This document shows positions 58,477 to 64,000 of a stretch of 64,000 bases of DNA, one piece after another (the first letter of the stretch is position 1; each line of letters begins with the position of its first letter). Origin of the DNA: Minisyncoccota bacterium (GTDB lineage Bacteria > Patescibacteriota > Minisyncoccia > Phycocordibacterales > UBA9973); NCBI GenBank assembly GCA_035510575.1, contig DATKGV010000008.1, positions 4,618-68,617 of the forward strand. Reading direction: 5' to 3'. The position numbers and the translations under genes are program-made. The notes beneath the pieces were generated by a model. That model was given only the letters and a program-made list of their open reading frames with translations, did no database searches and had not been told where the DNA came from.

Positions 58477-58511
58477 AAACCCCTCTCAATTTAGTATTGA
58501 AAGGGGTTTTT
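58477..58511. terminator. bidirectional terminator AAAACCCCT...AGGGGTTTTT
   Basis: 7-bp GC stem flanked by A/T runs between convergent genes. Confidence 0.5.
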
Positions 58512-58520
58512 ATTTAAATT

Positions 58521-59363
58521 TTAGTATCCTGCTAGACGATCCCATGGATCATTTACACGAAACAACTTATTGTCTTTATTGCCTGTATTTCCGGGAATAG
58601 GGCTAAAGTTGGTTACCACGTTGATTGGTATGGCATTTTTCTTCGGCTCAATGTCTATGCAACCGTTTTGGGTTGTATATAGCACATATGTGTTCAAGAA
58701 AAAGCTATTTTCCATACTTTGGGTGATGAGTTTTTTTCTGTTATCCTTTGTATCAGGAACATATAAAACTTCATTCTTAAAAATTCTTTGCCCATTATCC
58801 ACTTCCAAAACTTTTGTTGCTTCAATTTGGAAAAAGTATTTCTTGGTTCCCCAAAATCCATGCTTAAACCAAACCTTTCTTGGAACTAAGTAATCCAGTC
58901 GTGAATAGAAATATTTTTGCATATCCCTTACAGTAACTTTGCATTTCCTATCAAATTTAACTGGTTCACCCATAGCATAGACAAGATTGTCGCCGTCATC
59001 GCCCTTGCCTACCGGCAGGTAATTACCAGCTCGCAAGGAAACTTTTTCATACAAAATCCAAAATGGCTTAAACTCGGACTGCAAAGCTCTCAAGGCCTTG
59101 TAGTTTTCGTCAGTATATTCAAGTTTGACGATAACATTCTTTGTTGTGTCATCTTCTGGGTCGTCGAGCTTTCCATATTTTTCAACATTTAATATCATGA
59201 ACGGTTTTGGTCCATCCGGGGTATTCATGACATACTGGATGTCGATAATTCCTGAGAGCATAACAAATGCATATTCCCTGTTGTTGTTCTGCCCGAAGGC
59301 GACTTTTGGTGCAACTGCCATAATTAATAGGCAAAATACACTACATAAAACAATTTTTCTCAT
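58521..59363 (-). CDS. secreted hypothetical protein
   Basis: Signal peptide 'MRKIVLCSVFCLLIMAVAPKVAFG'. No recognisable domain. Confidence 0.45.
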   Translation of the reverse strand: MRKIVLCSVFCLLIMAVAPKVAFGQNNNREYAFVMLSGIIDIQYVMNTPDGPKPFMILNVEKYGKLDDPEDDTTKNVIVKLEYTDENYKALRALQSEFKPFWILYEKVSLRAGNYLPVGKGDDGDNLVYAMGEPVKFDRKCKVTVRDMQKYFYSRLDYLVPRKVWFKHGFWGTKKYFFQIEATKVLEVDNGQRIFKNEVLYVPDTKDNRKKLITQSMENSFFLNTYVLYTTQNGCIDIEPKKNAIPINVVTNFSPIPGNTGNKDNKLFRVNDPWDRLAGY

Positions 59364-59478
59364 TTTTCTACGTATTAGTTACTATTTAAAATTTTCAATT
59401 TATTTTCGCCCATTATATACTATATTTTACAAGTTGTCAATAATATGTTTTATGTAAAAACTGCTATCATAGACAGGC

Positions 59479-61455
59479 ATGAATTACCTCGAAAATCTCA
59501 ATGACAAACAGAAAGAAGCGGTTCTTTATACAGAAGGACCCCTTTTAATCGTGGCTGGAGCCGGAGCTGGCAAGACAAAGACCATTACGCATAGAATTAT
59601 CCATCTTATTCATCAGGGAATTGCGCCAAGTTCCATACTTGCCCTGACTTTTACTAATAAAGCCGCCAAAGAAATGAAGGACAGAGTAAGCGTGTTGCTC
59701 GGAGATCCTATACACGGCAATATGCCGGAGTTTGGAAGGACGGCTCGCCCCGCCCAAAGGCGGGACGAGCCGTTTATTTCTACTTTTCATTCTCTTGGAG
59801 TTCACATTATAAAAGAAAATGCTAGTTTGCTCGGTCTGACCAAGCATTTCACTATCATTGATGAACATGACGCTCTGGTTATTATTAAAGATGCGATGAA
59901 GGCGCGCGACATAGATGGGAAACAGCATGAACCGCAAAAAATAAAAAGCATCATATCAAAAGCAAAAGGCGATTTCATAACTGCTGATGCTTATAACAAT
60001 AGCGCGGCAAGCGCGTTGCAAAGCATTGTCGGAGTGATCTGGCGCGATTATGAAAGGACTCTTAAAAAAGAGAAGGCCTTGGATTTCGATGATTTATTGC
60101 TTGAGACGGTCTTGCTTTTGAAAAAATATCCCGAAATCAAAAAAAATTATCAGGACAGATGGCAATATATCCACATTGACGAATATCAGGATACTAATGA
60201 AGTCCAATATGAGCTCGTTAAATTGCTTGTGAATAAAAAAGAAAATATCTGCGTCGTCGGCGATACCGACCAGAATATTTACAGCTGGCGCGGAGCAAAC
60301 ATAAAAAACATGCTTCTATTTGAAAAGGATTATCCTAATGCCAAAATTGTCATGCTTGAGCAGAATTATCGCTCAACCAAGAATATTATTGAGGCGGCAA
60401 ACAGCGTCATCAAGAAAAACCAATACCGCATAGACAAAAATCTTTTTACTAAAAATATTGAAGGCGAATCAATCAGCGTGCACGAGGCCTACGATGAGGG
60501 AAGCGAAGCGGAATTCGTCGCAGACACTATAAGCGAACTGCTGCGAAAAAATGATCCAGAAGATATCGCCGTTCTTTACCGAGCCAACTTTCAATCGCGC
60601 GCGATCGAAGAAGCATTGCTCGGAAAGCAGATTCCGTACCAAGTGCTCGGAGTAAAATTTTTTGAGAGAAGAGAAGTCAAGGACTTGCTCTCATATATCC
60701 GCGCAAGTTACAACAGAGAGAGTTTATCAGACATAAAAAGAATTATTAATAATCCGGCGCGCGGCATCGGCAAAGTCACGCTTGTAAAACTTTTTGCGAA
60801 TCAATTCGCCATGCTGCCTGCCGCTATGCAAGAAAAAATAAATAAATTTTATTCATTGCTCGATGACATACACGCATATTCTGAATCTCACGCGCCGTCA
60901 GAATCCATAAAATATGTCTTGGAGAAAAGCGAAATTGAAAAAGAACTTTCGCATGGCACAAGCGACGAGCAAGAACGCTTGGAAAATATGAAAGAATTGG
61001 TAACCTTGGCAACCAAATATGATGCGATGCCGCAGGGAATTGGCATGGAAAAATTGCTTGAAGATGCCGCGCTTTCAAGCGATCAAGATACCTTGATGCA
61101 TAATATGGGTAAAGGCGCTCGCCCCGCCAACGGCGGGGTAAAATTAATGACAGTTCATGCATCAAAAGGGCTTGAATTCAAATATGTTTTCATAACCGGC
61201 ATGGAGCAAGATTTATTCCCTCATGCAATGAGCGGCACGAAAACAAAAGAAGACGGCGAGGAAGAACGGCGGCTTTTTTATGTGGCGCTGACGCGGGCAA
61301 AGCATAAATTATATTTATCATATGCAGAGCTCCGCACGATATTCGGCTCAAAACAAGTGAACATGCCGAGCGAATTTATTTATGACATTCCGGAACATCT
61401 GACAAGTTTTGAGCAGGGTAAGCCAAGTAATAAGGAGAAAATAGTTTATTTATGA
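59479..61455 (+). CDS. UvrD/PcrA/Rep-family SF1 DNA helicase (compact)
   Basis: Walker A 'AGAGAGKTKTITHR', motif II 'HIDEYQDTN', motif III 'VVGDTDQNIYSWRGA' and C-terminal 'VHASKGLEF...FYVALTRAK'. Contains two in-frame GC-hairpin insertions. Confidence 0.8.
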   Translation: MNYLENLNDKQKEAVLYTEGPLLIVAGAGAGKTKTITHRIIHLIHQGIAPSSILALTFTNKAAKEMKDRVSVLLGDPIHGNMPEFGRTARPAQRRDEPFISTFHSLGVHIIKENASLLGLTKHFTIIDEHDALVIIKDAMKARDIDGKQHEPQKIKSIISKAKGDFITADAYNNSAASALQSIVGVIWRDYERTLKKEKALDFDDLLLETVLLLKKYPEIKKNYQDRWQYIHIDEYQDTNEVQYELVKLLVNKKENICVVGDTDQNIYSWRGANIKNMLLFEKDYPNAKIVMLEQNYRSTKNIIEAANSVIKKNQYRIDKNLFTKNIEGESISVHEAYDEGSEAEFVADTISELLRKNDPEDIAVLYRANFQSRAIEEALLGKQIPYQVLGVKFFERREVKDLLSYIRASYNRESLSDIKRIINNPARGIGKVTLVKLFANQFAMLPAAMQEKINKFYSLLDDIHAYSESHAPSESIKYVLEKSEIEKELSHGTSDEQERLENMKELVTLATKYDAMPQGIGMEKLLEDAALSSDQDTLMHNMGKGARPANGGVKLMTVHASKGLEFKYVFITGMEQDLFPHAMSGTKTKEDGEEERRLFYVALTRAKHKLYLSYAELRTIFGSKQVNMPSEFIYDIPEHLTSFEQGKPSNKEKIVYL

Positions 61456-61462
61456 GATAATT

Positions 61463-61549
61463 CCTCGCCCCCTGCTAAGGGGGAGATGCCGGAGGCAGAG
61501 GGGGTGCATTAATTCACCCCTCCTCAATCCTCCCCTTGGCAGGGGAGGA
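61463..61549. repeat. GC-rich two-hairpin dispersed repeat element, copy C
   Basis: Greater than 90% identical to copy B. Located in the uvrD-rsmA spacer. Confidence 0.8.
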
Positions 61550-61585
61550 AAAACTCAATTTTTGAATAAATGCTAATATACAAAT

Positions 61586-62464
61586 ATGATTTATCATGCG
61601 AAAAAATCTCTCAGCCAAAATTTTCTAAAATCAAAACCGGCGCTTGAAATGATGATCAAAGCGGGCGAGGTTGATGACAATGATATTATTTTGGAAATCG
61701 GTCCCGGCAAAGGCGCCTTAACAAGCAAGCTTCTGGAAAAAGCGAAAAAAGTAATCGCCGTTGAGAAAGATAGCAGCTTGATCAGAATGCTTGAAGAAAA
61801 ATTCAAGAATGAAATAAAAAATAAAAAACTTATTTTAATAAATGAGGATATCTTAAAGTTTAAATTCCCCCTCCCCTTTACAAGGGGAGGGCTGGGGAGG
61901 GGTGAATTGATAGACCCCCTCTGCCCTTCGGGCATCTCCCCCTTATCAAGGGGGAGAGGGATTAATGAGTACAAAATAATAGCCAATATTCCTTACAATA
62001 TTACCGGCGCAATCATAAAAAAATTTCTCTCCGGAGAAAATCAGCCGTCGGTTATGATCCTGCTTGTGCAAAAAGAAGTGGCAGACAGAATTACTGCTAG
62101 AAGTAACAAAGAAAGCATTTTATCGCTCAGCGTCAAAGCTTATGGAACGCCGAAATATGTGATGAAAGTTGGAAAAAGATTCTTCTCGCCCAGCCCTAAA
62201 GTGGATTCAGCCATTATATCGATAAAAGATATCTCCAGAAAAAATTTCAAGACGCCGAGTGAAGAAGAGCAATTCTTCAAAATAATCAAGAGCGCTTTCG
62301 CGCACAAGCGAAAAGTTCTCCGCAAGAACTTGGAAGAGGTGGCATCGCTTGAAACTATTGATTTTATGTTTGCAAAATTAGGAATAAATCAAAAAATCAG
62401 AGCTGAAGATGTGCCATTTACGCAGTGGCTCTCGATAAGCAGATATTTATCAGAAAATGCCTAG
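61586..62464 (+). CDS. rsmA: 16S rRNA (adenine1518/1519-N6)-dimethyltransferase RsmA/KsgA, carrying an in-frame ~108-bp repeat-element insertion
   Basis: 'GQNFLKSKPALEMMIKAG...EIGPGKGALT' SAM-binding region and C-terminal RsmA domain. The segment 'LPFTRGGLGRGELIDPLCPSGISPLSRGRGINE' is encoded by an inverted copy of the GC-rich element seen at 44231 and 61463. Confidence 0.75.
   Translation: MIYHAKKSLSQNFLKSKPALEMMIKAGEVDDNDIILEIGPGKGALTSKLLEKAKKVIAVEKDSSLIRMLEEKFKNEIKNKKLILINEDILKFKFPLPFTRGGLGRGELIDPLCPSGISPLSRGRGINEYKIIANIPYNITGAIIKKFLSGENQPSVMILLVQKEVADRITARSNKESILSLSVKAYGTPKYVMKVGKRFFSPSPKVDSAIISIKDISRKNFKTPSEEEQFFKIIKSAFAHKRKVLRKNLEEVASLETIDFMFAKLGINQKIRAEDVPFTQWLSISRYLSENA
61865..61972. 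repeat. GC-rich repeat element, inverted copy D inserted in-frame inside rsmA
   Basis: The reverse complement aligns to copies B and C along its whole length with a few substitutions and a 4-nt indel. Confidence 0.75.
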
Positions 62465-62508
62465 GAAAATTCTCTCATAAATAGTATAATTCGCAGATAA
62501 GAAACATA

Positions 62509-63387
62509 ATGAATAAGAATTATCTGCCAAGCAAACAATTCATAATTCGCATAGCAATTATCGCGGCAGTTGTCGCCGTCGTTTGGGGCACCTATGAGAT
62601 AACAAGCTATTTCATGAACAGGCCTAAAAAAGAAGGAGTACCGACCAAACTGCTGGTTAAAGACATTGTGCAGAAGGACAGCAATAATAACGGCATACCC
62701 GACTGGGAAGAAATATTATGGGGTCTTGATCCGAGCAAGAATGGGCCGTCGAACAAGGAATTCATCACTGCAAAGCAGGAAGCTTTGTCCAAAGAAAACG
62801 GCGCTTCCGTTTCTTCTACAAATAAAACAGATAATGAATTACTCTCGCAGGAATTCTTTGCCACTATCATGTCGCTGGAGCAGACAGGAAATCTCGATGA
62901 TGCATCAATGCAATCGATATCCGATGCCATTGGGCAAAAAATCATAGCCGACCCTATCGCTGATGTTTACACGAAAGATATGCTGATTGTAAAGACAACG
63001 ACAACATCATCGGCTGTTAAATATTATCAGGATTTAAAAAACCTATTAACCAAATATAAAGACAAGGACATAGGCAATGAATTGACCTTTATCGCTCAAG
63101 GCGTGCAAAATAACGATCCTCAAGCCCTATATCTAGCTGGAACAATAGCTGACCAATACAAATCGTTCGCCAATGAATTAATTAAGATTCCCGTGCCGGA
63201 AGCGTTTGCGCCCAAAGATCTCAGCTTGGCAAATGATTATGACAAGGTTTCCCAGTCCATAACAGGGTTAACGCAGATAATTTCGGATCCGATTACCGGA
63301 ATGAAGGCCTTGATTAATTACAAGAAATACAGCGACGCGCTGGTGGCCGATATCACATATTTTTCAGACAATTTTAATCAGAAATGA
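62509..63387 (+). CDS. membrane-anchored hypothetical protein
   Basis: N-terminal TM 'IIRIAIIAAVVAVVWG'. No recognisable domain. Confidence 0.45.
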   Translation: MNKNYLPSKQFIIRIAIIAAVVAVVWGTYEITSYFMNRPKKEGVPTKLLVKDIVQKDSNNNGIPDWEEILWGLDPSKNGPSNKEFITAKQEALSKENGASVSSTNKTDNELLSQEFFATIMSLEQTGNLDDASMQSISDAIGQKIIADPIADVYTKDMLIVKTTTTSSAVKYYQDLKNLLTKYKDKDIGNELTFIAQGVQNNDPQALYLAGTIADQYKSFANELIKIPVPEAFAPKDLSLANDYDKVSQSITGLTQIISDPITGMKALINYKKYSDALVADITYFSDNFNQK

Positions 63388-63407
63388 TATACTAAACATA
63401 AGAAAAT

Positions 63408-64000
63408 ATGAAGAAATTTGCCGCAAAAATAATAATATTCGCAATAATGGTTTTCTCTCTGCTTTCTGCGCAGGTTTTTTCGCCTTTGCCAGTTTCTGCA
63501 GCTGTACTTAATTATGACCACCCTAATGGCAGCAGCCCTTATAAGCTAAAGGCCTCGGATATAGCAAACCCTGAAGTATTTATGTCTGTTGTGGCATGCA
63601 CGGGAATTATAAACACTGTTGCGGGAGCAATTCAAGGACTTTTGACTAATCTTATTACCGTCAAAGCTCCAGAAGTTGCAAAAGAAGCAGATATAAGGGC
63701 AGGAGAAGTAACTTCAGTAACTGCTGGCGCGGCAGCAAGCACGGAAGTAGAAGGTACAGGAAACACTTCTCTTGAACAACTAGCGGCTGAGACAGACAAA
63801 CTTCTTGATGAAGCAACAATAGCGCAAAAATTTCAAGATGACCAAGCTCAACGAGATGCGCAAAGAACAAAATGCCTAGACGGCATAGCCATTCAGCTTG
63901 CTCGAAATCAGCTTACTAAAATGACAAAAGACACTATGAACTGGATCACGACCGGGTTTAACGGCAATCCATTTTTTGTGGGCGTGGCGGACTCTTTCAT
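63408..64000 (+). CDS. secreted/membrane hypothetical protein (3'-truncated by window end)
   Basis: ATG at 63408 with signal peptide 'MKKFAAKIIIFAIMVFSLLSAQVFSPLPVSAA'. Open frame runs to the window end. Not in the supplied ORF track because it is incomplete. Confidence 0.4.
   Translation, partial: MKKFAAKIIIFAIMVFSLLSAQVFSPLPVSAAVLNYDHPNGSSPYKLKASDIANPEVFMSVVACTGIINTVAGAIQGLLTNLITVKAPEVAKEADIRAGEVTSVTAGAAASTEVEGTGNTSLEQLAAETDKLLDEATIAQKFQDDQAQRDAQRTKCLDGIAIQLARNQLTKMTKDTMNWITTGFNGNPFFVGVADSF

Overview
This 64 kb window is a low-GC, gene-dense bacterial segment. By inference it resembles a CPR/Patescibacteria genome: an archaeal-type UMP kinase sits next to adk, ribosomal protein L29 and L30 are absent, and dgkA is inserted inside the r-protein cluster. 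The core is an S10-spc r-protein/secY/adk cluster on the minus strand (about 9.3-22.5 kb) ending with tuf. Housekeeping genes flank it: ndk, map, nusA, a membrane H+-pyrophosphatase, tig, clpP, rny, hup, cca, xth, a xerC-like recombinase, rpsO, pnp, a comM-like gene, a uvrD-like helicase and rsmA. There are five tRNAs and a block of secreted proteins. A small accessory island at 22.6-24.2 kb holds a ParE/RelE-RHH toxin-antitoxin pair with a perfect 32-bp palindromic operator, and an IS200-like Y1 (RAYT-type) transposase bracketed by a 26-bp REP-like palindrome array that superficially looks like CRISPR. The most unusual feature is that several families of GC-rich palindromic repeats are inserted both between genes and in-frame inside conserved genes (hppA, tig, cca, uvrD, xerC, rsmA), which recalls Rickettsia palindromic elements. 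Other observations are a promoter motif (TTGAC[A/T]-N16/17-tgcTAGTAT) present three times upstream of r-protein/tuf transcription units, perfect palindromic hairpins in operon-internal spacers, two paralogous small DNA-binding-like proteins each flanked by their own direct repeats, a Cys-rich multi-zinc-ribbon protein, a 1278-aa orphan protein preceded by a 445-nt non-coding hairpin-rich leader, and a VirD4/TraG-like ATPase.
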